A stretch of DNA of 64,000 nucleotides from Camelus dromedarius (taxonomy: Eukaryota): the NCBI RefSeq assembly GCF_036321535.1, contig NC_087437.1, positions 59,894,001 to 59,958,000 on the forward strand, in the 5' to 3' direction. Positions within the stretch are counted from its first letter, which is position 1; the number at the start of each line of letters is the position of its first letter. Shown here piece after piece: positions 26,561 to 40,152 of this stretch. A model generated the notes under the pieces. That model had not been told where the DNA came from, did not search any database, and saw nothing but the letters and a program-made list of their open reading frames with translations. The position numbers and the translations under genes are program-made.

Positions 26561-29189
26561 CAAGATTAGCACTGAAAGCAGTAACTCAAGCCCTAGGTTG
26601 TAGTTTACCAAAACCTTCAGCAGACGACTGTGGTTGAGAGCAAGCAGCTCTCCTAAGAGCTTGTTATGAGCAAGTTAAGAGAGCTGGATTTATGAGGACT
26701 GGGGGTGGGGCAAGATCACAGAGTAGGAAAACTCTGAGCTCAGCTTCTCCCAAAGGCACAGGAGAGCTACATTTACAGTGAACTAGGAGTTGTTAGACTT
26801 CAAGCAAGTTACTTAATCCCTCTGAGCTACAATTACACCCACATGTAAAATTTTATATTAGTACCTATGCCTAATAAGATGAGAGGCAACAGATATAAAG
26901 CAGTTAAAACAGGGTCTGATACTTAGTAAACTATGCTAGAAACACCAAACTCTAGAACAAAGTAAATATCCAAGAAGTACAAAATATAATTTAACAACCA
27001 TAGCTTTTCTAGACTATTTACAAACACTAAACCCCTAATCTCCATTAAGACTTTACTACATGTACCATAGAATCCCCACAGCAGGGTGCAACCACTGTAT
27101 TATTACATTCTAATTACTGTTCATTAATAAGGCAGAAATAATTCTGGAATTGTTTTTTAGTCCCCCTACCTACACCACCAATAAGGTAGTTTCTCCCCTC
27201 TGCCACTTATTACAGAATTTATTCTACAAATATTTTCTTTCTCAGACCTTTGTAAGATCGCTGCTAGAATTTATGGATAACAAAAGAGTAACAATTTAAA
27301 TTTTCCATAGAAAGTCAGTAAACATACAGGAAAATACTCAAGGGACTAGTCTTTTCTCCAAGTTGTAGCTTCCTCATTCTCAATTCTTTGACCAAAAACA
27401 AAAATTAATGTTGTAGCTTGCTGAAATATACTGCTGACAGGAAGCTAAAATAGTGAGTTGAAGGTAGCTAGTCATTTATTCGATAGCTATCAGATATCAT
27501 ATGACTACTACATGCCAAACACAGTAGCACCTGGGGATACAGCCATGAAAAAAAGCCCTGCCCTCATAGAACTTACCTTCTAGGGAAAACAGACAAATTT
27601 AAAAAAGGTATGTTAAAAAAAAAAAAAAGAAAATGTATGTAGGGTGTCAGATGGAATGTGCTATTTTCTCACCTTAAAATAGATGTATCTGAGTGTATAG
27701 CAACATGGCTAAATAGACAAAAGAACTTGGTAAGTACAGTAACCCTTCAGTTCTAACTGACTTTGGTCAAGTTCTCTGACTTCTGGCCAGATATAAGAGG
27801 TAATTGGCTTTTCCTGTTGTATAATTTCTACATCCATAATATAATGCAGAAATCTGATATTTCATCAAAATTTTTTTGTATTGGCCACTACTCAGTATTG
27901 TCAAGGATACAGAAAATGACATTCCTCTACAGCAGATGAGGATGTGTATATTGGTACAGCTTTTCTGGAGGACACACTGGCAACACTAAAAAATCTTCCT
28001 AAGAGAATTTTTAGTTCTCTCTCCTATCCAGATGAATGTTTCTCCCTGAAATAGTGGTTGTCAAATTTTGGGTGGCATTGGAAGCACCCAAAGCTTGGTA
28101 ATGTACACGGGCTCAGGCCCTATTATCTTCAACAAGCCTGGGCCTTAAAGGTGAGTGATTCTTCTATAAGCCAAAGTTTGAAAAGCCCTGCCCTAGATCT
28201 TCACCCAGCTAACCTCTTCTGCTTCAGACATTGGCTTAGATGTCACTGCCTCAAGGAGTGGTCTCTAAACACCAACCCATCCAGTGTACAGACGAGGCGC
28301 TATCCTCAAGGTTCTGGTGAGGGCCGCCTATGAACCGCCCAGTCCCATCTTTCTCTGTTGCAAGAAGGCAAGACTCCAAGAGAACAGGTAGAGTGTCTTT
28401 TTTTTTTTTTTAACCATAATATCCCCAGTACCTAATAAAGTGCCTGACTCACTAAATCTCAAAAATACACCCACCCACCCATTGTGAACCAGCATTTTCA
28501 CATCTAGGAATTCATCTTAAGGAAATAGAAATGTACTCAAATATTTAGCCACAGGGTTTCTGCAGAGCTAGGTTTGTGATGGCAAGATATGGAAATCACA
28601 TGTTCATCAATCAAGTGGTTAAACTAAAATAAAGATGCTGTCATTAAAAGTGATGTATTCAACAAACAAGTGGAAAATTTAAGTGATAAATGGTGGAAGA
28701 ATCTATAGATTTAGAAACTCAAGAGAAATTAGCCAACTGCAATGAATGGAACTTACATGAATTTTGGTTTGAAGAATCTCCTTTCAAAGAACACATTTAG
28801 GACACTGGGAAAATCTGAATACGACTATATAGTTTCATAGTTTGAGTGATGACTTTTAAGAGCCCTTCTTTTAGAGATACACAATGATTTATTGAAATAT
28901 CTGGCATTTGGTTTAAAAAAAAACTAGGGAAGAGAAAAAAATGGGTGGGAGTATTGAAATTTTCAATAATAAAAATATTTTTTAAAATACTTCCAAAAGT
29001 GATGCAGCATTCATAAGGACTTAGAAACTTGCTCATTTATTAAGTGAAAAAACAAAACAGTGTGATCCCATTGTATATAAATATAAATACACACACCCAA
29101 AGGTCTAGAAGGGTAGATACCAAGGAAGCAAAAGCTTCCCCCTCTGTACTATCCAACACCCCTTCCTAGGATGATGAGGATGTTCTATA

Positions 29190-29343
29190 ATCTGCCCTAT
29201 TCAAAACAGTAGTCACTAGCTGCATGGCTAGTGAGCTCTTAAAAATGTGGCAGTTCAACAGGTGAACCAAACTCTTAATTTTGTCTAATTTTAATTAAAT
29301 TTCAATAGCCACATGGCTGGTAGATACCATACTGAACAGCACA
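29190..29343. mobile_element. MER3/MER33-like hAT element
   Basis: GTAGTCACTAGCTGCATGGCTAGTGAGC...TTTAATTAAATTT...AATAGCCACATGGCTGGTAG..ACCATACTGAACAGCACA, quasi-palindromic. Confidence 0.65.
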
Positions 29344-29999
29344 ATCAGACGATGGAATTATGATGGAATTCTTTACTTATTACTATTTAAACACTTTTCT
29401 AAAGTGAAAAAGCACTGTTTTATAAGGAAAAGTAGGCTGTTTTCCTTTAAAACATTTACTATTGGTTTGGGTTCTCTTCATCAAAGAACTATTCTGAAAA
29501 TGAAATGAAGTGGAATAAAGCAAATTATATAGAAAAGTCTGAGGTGTCTGCTTTCAATTAATTTTTAAAGTTAAGGCAAAAACAGGCAATTCACTTCCAG
29601 GTCTGTTCCTTCAACTTTCTATTCCTTCAGTCTCAATTCACAGAAAAACATGTTTCTGTCTGTTTACTAAAAGGATCCAGTGTGAATGTGTTGCCTAGAT
29701 TAGAAACTTCAACAGATGTCTCAATCATAATGGGAAAAAAATTAGGGCCAAAAAAAAAATTAAAAAAGCCTTTTGTGGTTTTTAGCTAATGAATTAGGAG
29801 ACATACAGCTCTGTGATCAGACAGAAGAAAATATTTAAAAGATCAAAATGGATTTCATGATTGAAGCAATCAGCAAATAGGATCAATCCAGACCAATTTG
29901 GCAGGAGTGGAAAGGAATATTGGACCTTAAACATGACAACTGTTAACAGGTATGTCTGCAATTTCAGTTCACAATAAAGTAGAAATCTGAGCATAAAAG

Positions 30000-32900
30000 A
30001 ACTATGCCAGCAGTGAGATTTTTATTGACTTAACATAATTTCTCAGCATACAAAGTATTTAATCAGGTATAATATTTACAATTCTTACATAATGTACATT
30101 TAGAATAACTATAAAGATAACGTACTTTGCTCCATTTACAATGACATCCTACAGTGAAACTACATTCATGAATTAGATACAAACAAATTCTCTACCTACT
30201 AATAAAAAGTAAATGGATGGTTGGTTATACATTCTTTAAAATATACTTTTTCACAGGTAGCAAGAAATATTACATGTAATAAGTCTTTATGACTGGAATG
30301 ATCCAGAAATATCACAAAGCACAAGTAAACAAATATAGAAAAGTAGCTCATCATTTCCAAAAGTTAACCGTTAGCCTTTGTGTAAAATAATTGGTGCCAA
30401 CATTCTTCATAATGTAGTGAGCTTTCCCTGTTTAAAATTAACATCCAAAAGGTGGGGAGGTGTGTTGAGGAAAAATAAGAAAATCTAGTACATAAGATAG
30501 TGAAAAGACCAATGGAGAGAAAAGTTTATTTAATCAAACCTTGCTTCCCTCCCATTATCTCATTTTAGTAGATAAATATATGTAAACAGAAAAGGATGTT
30601 CACAAATCATGTTTATAGATGTCAAGATTTAGCCAATCTGAATCCATGCCCCTTTTAGTTGTCTTCCTTTAGAAGCATCAAGAAACTGATAAGCATATGG
30701 AGAATTAAAATTACCTTTATAATGTTTTCCTTTCATTAATGTTTGTTACTGTAAAAACATAAAATTTCCTACAATTTAATGTCTTCAAATCCTAGTCTAT
30801 TCCTTCAAAGTAATTTTATACCCAAGTTCTCCAGAATATTTGGAGTATTTGTTATCAAAACACAAGGAAAGCTGGCAGTCATTATCAGATTTTGTTGCTT
30901 TACAATGATTTCAAATCATTTCATGACAGGAGCAAAATGCCTCTGACTAGCAGTCACTCATGGTGTCATGACATAAATGGTGTCAGCTGTGCCACCAACC
31001 CGCAAACCAGTGACCTGCGCTGTAAAACAAGAGCAGCAGCCCAGGATCAAAGAGACAATGTTGGTGCTCCAAGATTAATGTCTCAGAAGTCCTGCTGTGA
31101 GAATCCTTCAAGGTAACATCAAAGTACACTGTGAGCAGCAGCACAGTATACGAAGGGATGTTGTTATAGTTTCACCTTGTTTCATCCCATTCATTTTATT
31201 TGTGAGGAGCTCTGAATCCAAAAAGAGCAGTAAGTATTAGTCAGTGCTCTTTCCACTGTATCGTGCAGGTCTCAAGTTATCCTGGACAGACAATTCTATG
31301 AAAATATATCATTTTTCCAGCTCATATCCATGGTTAAAAGTGCTACCAAACAGAAAATTTAATTTGACAATATAAGAGCGATATGGGAATGTCTTATTAT
31401 TCAAAATGGATAGTAAATTTAGTCCTAAATATAATTTGGCTTATTGTAACCACACTTTACTTATATAAAACTGTATTTTTAAAATACTACTTAACATATC
31501 ACAAAAGTTAAGTTGTCCAGATTGTGAAAGTATAATTTTTTTTCCAAATGCACTCTTTAAGAACCAAAGTACATATTCCAAATTAATCTGTATGTTTTAG
31601 AAAGTAAACATCAAAGTACATTAACATCTATAGTGAAGATCAGTATAAATTAGACAAACACTGTAATGTAGTGAATCCCTGGAAACTTCTGAATTTCTAA
31701 GGATTGTACTAAAATTTTAAAACTTTAGAAATCTTAAACATGTAAGTGTTACAATGAAAAACCGCACAGAACTATTCAGTTACCTTTAGTCTGGTTCTAA
31801 CATGAAACCGCATTTTATGAACTCCTCATACTTAGTACTGCTATTCTTATTTTGAGATTAATCTAACTTTCAAGTTAATGAGCTAATGATAATGAGCTAA
31901 TGGAATAATGATAAGGAATCAGAAACTAATATCAGCAGATCAGTTAGGAAAAGAAGACAAAGGACAATCAAATTGACTTATAAATTCCAAGAGTATGATT
32001 AACATTGTTTATACTATAATTTATCATCTTGTAGTGAATAATTCACAACATAAGGAAACAGATTTGTTACATACTATAGAAAAGCTATTAGCTGACACAT
32101 CTAAATTCACCTTGTTAAGAGCTACTCTGTAACTGCATGTAACCGTTAATTTAAAGTCTTGCTCTCAGTACTGCATCATTTTTGCCAAATTTAATCCAAA
32201 TTGAGTCTTAGCCTATTCAAGAAATCAAGCTACGTAAGTGTACTTTTGTATATACAGGCTCCCTGTACTGTTAAAAGATTTCACCTTCTCTGAAGATGTT
32301 CAGAACCATAATCATATTTAGTGCACTTGAAATATATCTCTAACGTCTAGTACATTAAATTTAAGTAGACACTAATTACTGCCACATTATCAACTCAACA
32401 CTGAAGCCACAGGAGTTAAGAATGTCATAAAGAATTGCTTTCACAACCAGAGATCCCAGAAATGATCTGAAGACCAAAGGCTGGATCCAAAAGGAAAAAT
32501 GGCCTAGGCTTCCTCAGATGAAGTCCTAGGACAAAAAAAGGAATAGGCACTGCAAACGAAAAGTGAGGCTCTCTTTCCTTTCTTACTTTCTTTCTTTTCT
32601 TTTTTCAACATATTTCCTTATTCTTGAGCTTTTCAGACTACTAGTTTCAAAGTACATTAATAAAAATGCTACAAATCAGACTTCTGCAAAGCCAGGTGAT
32701 CTGAGGTGGAACAGGAAAGATTCAATATTCTTGTTATTGTTGTAATTAAAATACTAGGCTTTGGAAGTCAGTGTTTCTTTAGAAATAATTCATAAATATA
32801 TTTTTATCCTTATCTCATGCACAGTGATTATTACTAAATAAGCATTATATGTACGCAATCTGGCCAAATATAGAACCTTTTCTGTGACATTAATTTATTT

Positions 32901-34371
32901 CAGTATAGTTCCTGTTTAGACAGATTCTGATTTGATGTTCAGTCAACTTCGAAAACTCTCCTTACTGGTGGGAAAATGTTAGAAAATTTATCCTCTACTC
33001 AATGAATTTCTCTACTTATTTGATAACTCAAGTTTAAAAACCTCTCTTACTTAGAAACTGAGTATCAATAATATTATTTACATGTAACTTGGAAAAGAAA
33101 CTGAAAATTAATTGTTGATAATACTAGAAAGAAATCATAAGGCAAATTACTCAATTATATTATACTCCTAACGTGATACATCAAAGAATCAAACTAATTT
33201 GTAGCATAATATCCATAATATTTTGGAATTCAAGGGTCTATTATTCATGTAACCAAACACAAAAGCTATATAGATGCTACAACTTAAAAGAATGTACAAT
33301 GTGTACAAGTACACATAATAGATGTTAGAAAAATTAAAAAGCAATTTATTGCTATATATTTTAGTATAGACTAAAAAAACTTGAGTATTTTTTCTCCTTT
33401 TACAGAGATTTTTCCTTTTACTAGGAGCAATAGCAAAAAATATATCTTGAAAAGGACAAATTGCAAATATAAAAATGTTCTGTATTTTATAAATCAACTT
33501 TTCCTTTGATAGTTACAATCTGATGAAAGCATAATTTTGTAACATTCAAGTAATCTTTGAAACAGTTTTATTACATCAATAAATTTGTCAAGGTTTTAGG
33601 AAATCAACCCAATAATGAAGAACTACAACTTCTATAACTGAGATTCTTTGGGTAATTAAAAAAAAATTTTTTTTGTTAAGGGCTTCTTTTTGCTTCATAA
33701 AATGGAATAAACCTAAAAGACTAAGTTATATCTATCTGTATAGCCATTATATGGATGTTAAACTCCTGGACAATAGCTGAGGAATATAACTGCATTTATG
33801 GGCAAACGGGGGAAACATATTCTCTAGTTCTAACAGCTAAATCGCATATTGTGTATATGATAGGTAGGCTATCAAAAAACAAAAAAACTATTTCTGAATC
33901 ACCAGCATCACGGAAGCTAAAGCAAAGACGTACTCTTGACTCAGGCAGGACATCAGACTCCCACTTGCTGCAGACGTGCTTGACTGAATGGTTCTGGGCA
34001 CGATGCACAGAATAAAAAAAAAAAATCAATGCTACCACCCATTGGCAAAAAAAGAGATTTTTGTCTAAACTCTTAGCATCTTATAACATAGAGACGGCTG
34101 AAGTCTAGATTCAATTTTTAGCTATAAAAAGCAGCCCTTTAAACAGGCTTTTATTTTTAAAATAAAAGAGGTCTTAATGTAGGTTCCTCTCCCAACTACT
34201 AGAGATTTATGTTTTGATTTATAAAAATATCAATGAATGAGTACCTTTTTTCCAAGTCACTCAATATCTACTAAAATTAAGTAAGAATTAAAGCAGTAAA
34301 AATTTGTGAGTTTTCAGATGTATACATTAGGGAGTCACCAGATTTAATATTTTCCCCCTTCTTGAGAAAAT
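30000..34371 (-). other. ACAP2: ACAP2 3' UTR (about 4.4 kb)
   Basis: AT-rich stretch with no recognisable repeats after the stop codon. It ends near the AATAAA at 30021-30026; the end point is inferred. Confidence 0.7.
30021..30026 (-). terminator. Likely distal polyadenylation signal AATAAA of ACAP2
   Basis: TTTATT on the plus strand, with TGTA elements upstream and T-rich sequence downstream in transcript sense; repeats resume beyond it. Confidence 0.6.
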
Positions 34372-34472
34372 TCAAAATTTCTGTGAATCTTGCTGGAAAC
34401 GATTTAGTTTCTCTGGATTATTGGATGCCATTTGGGAGAAATCACGAAAAATGTCCTGGTAAGTTTCATCAC
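34372..34472 (-). CDS. ACAP2: ACAP2 last coding exon (G)DETYQDIFRDFSQMASNNPEKLNRFQQDSQKF*
   Basis: 101 nt, atgcAG|GTGAT...TTT TGA; matches the known ACAP2 C-terminus. Confidence 0.96.
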
Positions 34473-37400
34473 CTGCATGAAAGTAAAATAAAGACACTTT
34501 TAAAATCTACCCAAAGAAAGTACTAATAAGCAACGTTTATTTTTATGATTAGTAACTATTTTATAATTCATTATATTAAAATGAGCATTTTTGAAAGAAA
34601 AAAGACCAACTAATTAAGTGCTGGAAAGTTACACAGTGAAAGAGAAAAAAACTATACCTGAACAAAGCACCTCAGAGGCAGCCACAGAAGAAAGCTCAGA
34701 GTTAGAAAAGAGCAAAGATGCCAGTATTTTAAAGCAATGTAAAGAAATACATTTATTAACACATGAGAAATAAAAGTCATTCTAAATGAGGTATAATAAA
34801 CAAGGCATTCTTTAAACAAATATTTCCCTTGATCAAGGCCAAAAGAAAAGACCAAAGACAAATACTAATGTTTCTGATGGATGCAAGTTATTAGCAAGAC
34901 AAAACTGATACCCAGGTGGGGGAAAAGCCTCCTATTTTAATATTGTCTTTTAATTAAAGGCATTTTAAATTAAATAGCATGTGAAAAGTAAATCTTTGTT
35001 CAAACTTTAATACTTAAGTAAAACTAATGCATCTAATCCACTGTTTACTAAGCTTATAAAATAATAAAGCCCAGAAAATGACTTTAAAATCAGTTTCACA
35101 TTTAGTCAAGAAGGTTTTTTTTTTTGTTTACTGTAGGTTATATGAGCAAGGACACTATAACAAAGGGGCAATAAATACCAAAGACATCTGTTAAATTAGA
35201 GTAATACATATGTATACACATACAAATATGATTGTAGAGAAGTAAATTATAGACACTGATATAGCAGATTGAATACCTTTTTCTTGCCATGAAAAACTAT
35301 AAATAAATATATACACACATGATTAACTCCTCAGGCAAAAGATCTGTATAAAATAAAATCTTATTTTCAAGATGAATCATTCATCATGAATGCTTCCTGT
35401 TAAACATATCAGTCTTATACAGAAGCTTGGCATAGTTCTGTTTTCAAGATTTAGATTGTCAAATACTGTTTTAGACGATTATTGTTTCAATATGGTTTTA
35501 TAATTTTTCCCCATGAGATACCTTGCATCCATCTTATTACAAACTCATTGCTACAGTTGCTGTTAATAGTGCAATAAGTTTTGTCAGCTTGTAAAAAGCG
35601 AGATTTTTTGAGGCAATAGATGTCATACCAAACACTAAGAGAATTAGAAAAAAATTGGGGGAAGGAGGTAAAGATCTAGTAAAAAGGTCTAAAAGCATAA
35701 CCCAAGATTTTCAATAAAAATTTTTAATGCTTTTAATATTTAGTCAGTGTAAAAAGCAAGTTATTAAAATATCTATATAGTTTTCATTTAGCCCTGGAAA
35801 TTTTCTCATGACCTGAATCAACCACTCTACTTAAAAAAGAAAAAAACAAAAAACCAGTAAGAGAATCTTAATAGGTTGTGGCTAAGAGTAAAATCTAACT
35901 CATATTATTGTTACTAAAACAATAAAAATAAAGGTTGATATGCTGGAACAACTGGTAAAGACAATCCAATTACACCCATGATTTGATGAAAGCTTACTCC
36001 CACATTAAAAGACAAACTACAATCTATTCCCATTTTTAGCCATTCTAAAAGATATAAAATAAACTGAGAAGAGACCAACATTAAATATCAATTAACAAAC
36101 CATACAAAATATTTAAAGTTTTTCTTATTCTTAGATGTTGAATTAAAATATTGAAAATATTTATTGTAAACATTATAAACATTTAAAAAATACTATGAAC
36201 TGGAGAGTCTGGAATTTACTTTCCAAGAAAGTGTAAAGTGCAGATTATAATACAAAAATACCACACTGATTTTTACTATTCAACACCAAAAGTAACTTAA
36301 AAGGCACACATTATACATTCAAGAAGAAATAGGAAGGATCTAGCAGACGCTAATGCCAAATAGTTTACAGATAGCACCAGATGAGCATTCTTAAGTATTA
36401 CAACAGTACAATGGCAATATATGGCTTCTACTATTAGCAATGCATATTTTGTATAACAAGCTGTGGGATTTTTTTTTCTTTTTGTGGTTTTCCAGTTTTT
36501 GTTTTTAAATCATCTAATACCTATTACACAAGTACATTCTAGTAGAACCATTGTACCATGCAAACAAATTATAAGATTTTTTATTCACTGAATTAAATGC
36601 TTCCTTGAAGGAAAGTGTTGGTGCTATACTAATCATTGGTTTCACTTACTGAATACATTTTAAAAGAGTTAACACAAAAGGAAGTCTCACCTTCAAATGC
36701 TCACACAAAACTTTTTGTTAACATCCAGTTTCTAACCAAACATTAATTAATGGACTATCAATATAATACCTTTCTTAGGCCTCAAAATGTGTTGTCAAAA
36801 AGCAAACATTACAATTACAATACTGAGAAATGTAATACAGTTAACACAAACTGAACTTCAATGTGATTCTTTAAACACAATTTTAATCATTTAGAATGTT
36901 TCCCAAGGCAAATATAACTTGTCTACACTAGAATACATAAACAATAACCCAGAATATGTTGCCCTGGAAAGTTCATATAAGTACATTTAACACTTTATTA
37001 TAAACAGTAAACAACTAACCACTCAATATTTGTAGTACTAAGTTATATTCTTTAAATTACTTAATCACATTCTATTTCTCTTCAGAAAGTTAACCTTTCT
37101 ATGTGCCTGGACAGTTCTGAGTCTTTAAAATTGGACTGCTTTATTTCCACTGACAGTTTAAGACAGTTTTTGATTTTTGGTATTCAGAATAACCACTACA
37201 ACCACAGTTATGATCCAAATTTGCTGATTTTACTCTTGAAATGTACTCCTCTCAAAGACAGCAGCATATGAGACCCCACCCCCAGGTGATCAGTGTATGA
37301 TCCTGCCCCTTCTGGGTTAATTGCAGCTTCCTTTTTATAACCAATTAGATCATTAATCAGTCTTCACCGGCCACATACTCTAGTAGCCAGTGGTGGTTCA

Positions 37401-37898
37401 CTAAAGTGGTGATTTTCTACTGGCTGAGAAACTGCCACAATCAAGAGGAGTCCCAGAGCCAGAGACTGCGGGAATCACCAAATTGGTTTCCAACAATCGA
37501 GAGCAGGTTGTGATATTGCACTCACCCACCCAGTCCTCCTAAGAGCTGTGGGAACCGATAAAGAGGGATACATCTTCCCTTCAGGAAATGTGTGCTCTTA
37601 CATCATCTTGCAAAAAGATAGGGAGCCTCAGGTCCTTAGGGTTGTAGGCCAGAAGTTCTAAAGCGAGGGTTCCTAGAAATAGGTCCATAGTTTCCAAAAT
37701 TGTATCTGAATCTTTAAAATGATAGGGCTCTTTACAATGAAAACATTGAAAATACCTGTATTTTAAAATTACCCAGAATTCTGAGGCTTTCTTTCTATTG
37801 CTAGGCATCAAAAAACGAGAGAAAAATTTACAGTGATAAGCAGAGAGCAGAAAAAGGCCTGCTGCCTGAGCAAAAACATCCGCTCTCCAAAGACTCAC

Positions 37899-37945
37899 AA
37901 AGGAAAAGTAGCCAGAGCAATTACTGAGCCATTTCACCACGTCAC
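37899..37945 (-). CDS. ACAP2: Candidate 47-nt ACAP2 cassette exon (G)DVVKWLSNCSGYFSF
   Basis: tttatacttatacAG|GTGAC...TCCTTT|GTGAGT; open in frame with the upstream phase-1 donor. Confidence 0.4.
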
Positions 37946-40004
37946 CTGTATAAGTATAAAGTTGTTCTGCTTTAAATATGAGACTCTCTAAATGAATTTA
38001 AAATCTAATTATGATCAAATCAGAATCTCATTTTATTCTGCTGATACACCATTTCCAGAATTCTGATGTATTTTTAATCTTTTCTACACTAAAATTTGAG
38101 AGTGGTAGTAGAAAAGCTCGTTTTTTTTTTTTTTAAATAAAGCTTTTTCTTTCAAATTTTTACTCAAATAAATGAGAAAAATCTGTTTTTGTACCGATGA
38201 CTGGAAGGTATATACTCATCAACTTACACATAAAACGACAGTGAAAGACACATGTGAATGCTCCTACACAGCGGCAGAAGCCCAGGCAGTCTGGGTGGAA
38301 CTAGAAGTTGCAAGAACACAGAGGACCTGTCCTTCCAAGCTTCCCAGCTCCAGAGAAAAAGTCGACCACTGACCTTCTGACTAATCTGTTGGGTGTAATT
38401 TCATCAGCAAACACCTTAAGGAAAGAGCAGCTGACCAAACATTTATGTTTAAAATTTCAGGGAAAAAAAAAATTGTTTAACTTAAAACCTGAAGTTCACT
38501 CAAAACTTGAAGTTCACTCTTATCTCCCATATCAGATCATATTCTTTGAATAATGTTCATTTTAAAGTGCTTAAACACAAAGGCCTCAAAAATGGCCTAG
38601 TAATACTATCTTTTAAGTATATCTGTTACAAAATTATAACTTATTTAAAATCTAACATTCAAGTTTAAAACAAATAGGTGAAATTCAGAATTAATACTGA
38701 CACTTCACCCTTAATCAGCACTCTTACATCGTGGTACATCATGAATCAGTAGTATTGTTTGATCCATAGGATTAAAGTGGGACACCCTAGATTAGAAGTA
38801 CCTAGCTGAAGTGCCTCTATTCTCAGAGTTCTTACTTGCTCCCTATTAAATTAGACCAAAAATAAGTAGTAAATACAGTCCTCTAAGAATGGTCCCATTT
38901 TTATATCAATTATATGTTAATCTGGTTAAAATAAAAGTAAATGGCTAAAGCTAGCATAAAGTACAGAAATTTCAAAACATACTTAAACAGGAAAAATAGA
39001 TGATATTACAAGCTACTTTTAAAATAATATATTAATATTCATTGAAAAAATCAAATGTACTCACTGAAAACTGAACACTCTCAATTATTTTGGTCATGAA
39101 TTCCTGAAATTTTTAACCAACATGTATATGAATTTAAAACAGATAAATTAGTCATTCATATACTGAAATTCATGAAACTGGAGATCTAATTATTATTCTC
39201 TTCTTTGTGAAGAATGTCTAATTAAGATGTGTTCATCAAGAAAGAAATCTTATCAGCAACATTTCTTGCTTTTCTTGACATCTCAACTCAAAGATAAAAA
39301 TTACTCAAAATGAGGCTTGAGCTGATCCTGAGTTGAGATTTCTCTAATAAAAATAAGTTTATGTTGCCATCAAGTTCATAAAATATTGTTCTAAATACTT
39401 CTGTTTATCCAACAGATAGTGTACAATTGCTTGGGGCAAAGCTACAAGATAAAATGAGACCTTTTCCCTGTACGTTTTAAACTAACTCCACTCTGATCGT
39501 GGGCTTCTTAACTTACTGGTAAATTTTATTTTTAAACCTTCAATTCATTTTTAGATCAAATACAGAACTCTTAATCCAATAAGCTTTTTCTAGGTATTTT
39601 CCATACTGACATTTATATGCCAACACAAAGTGATTTGGTTTTTTCCCTGAACACAATTTATAGAAATTCCCTGAATAACAAAAAGAAAATAATTTTGTTA
39701 TATTCACTTGACAGCCAAAAAGAAAATGACTGTTGTGCTGCTGTAAGGATATAAAGATGCGTTGCCATTCCGTTCACTTTACTGGAATGTATATGGAAGA
39801 CATCTGTACAGCAGATAAAGAAGTCAGCAGCCAGAGTTAAATACAGCAAGTAAATGCGTACTGTAATAGGAATAGTTACGGATTTTTAAAGGCTCGGGAG
39901 TGAGCCACTCCCAAGAATTCAGGAAGTACAGTACATACGTAACAACTCACAATTTACAAGTAATTTATAAAAACTCTATAGTATTAAGTTAGTTTGCTAA
40001 AGAA

Positions 40005-40090
40005 CTATGAATCTTCCAACTGTAAACTGATAAATTCCTGGATGCATTTCTTATACTGCATTTCAGTATGGTTATTGGTAGAATATTGAC
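40005..40090 (-). CDS. ACAP2: ACAP2 alternative C-terminus by read-through of the penultimate donor: (G)QYSTNNHTEMQYKKCIQEFISLQLEDS*
   Basis: Open in frame to TAG at 40005-40007. The peptide closely resembles the ACAP3 C-terminus as I recall it (...PTELQFRRCIQEFISLHLEES). Confidence 0.8.
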
Positions 40091-40152
40091 CTGGCTGTCC
40101 ATAAAGTCCTTCTGATTCCCGCATCTCTTCATTCATTCTTGCTAAACGTAAC
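40091..40152 (-). CDS. ACAP2: ACAP2 penultimate coding exon LRLARMNEEMRESEGLYGQP(G)
   Basis: 62 nt, tttAG|GTTACGT...CCAG|GTCAAT (weak donor); phases 2/1. Confidence 0.95.

Noticed and set aside
31876..31910. TAATGAGCTAATG duplicated in the 3' UTR
   Set aside because: Small local tandem duplication with no supporting functional evidence
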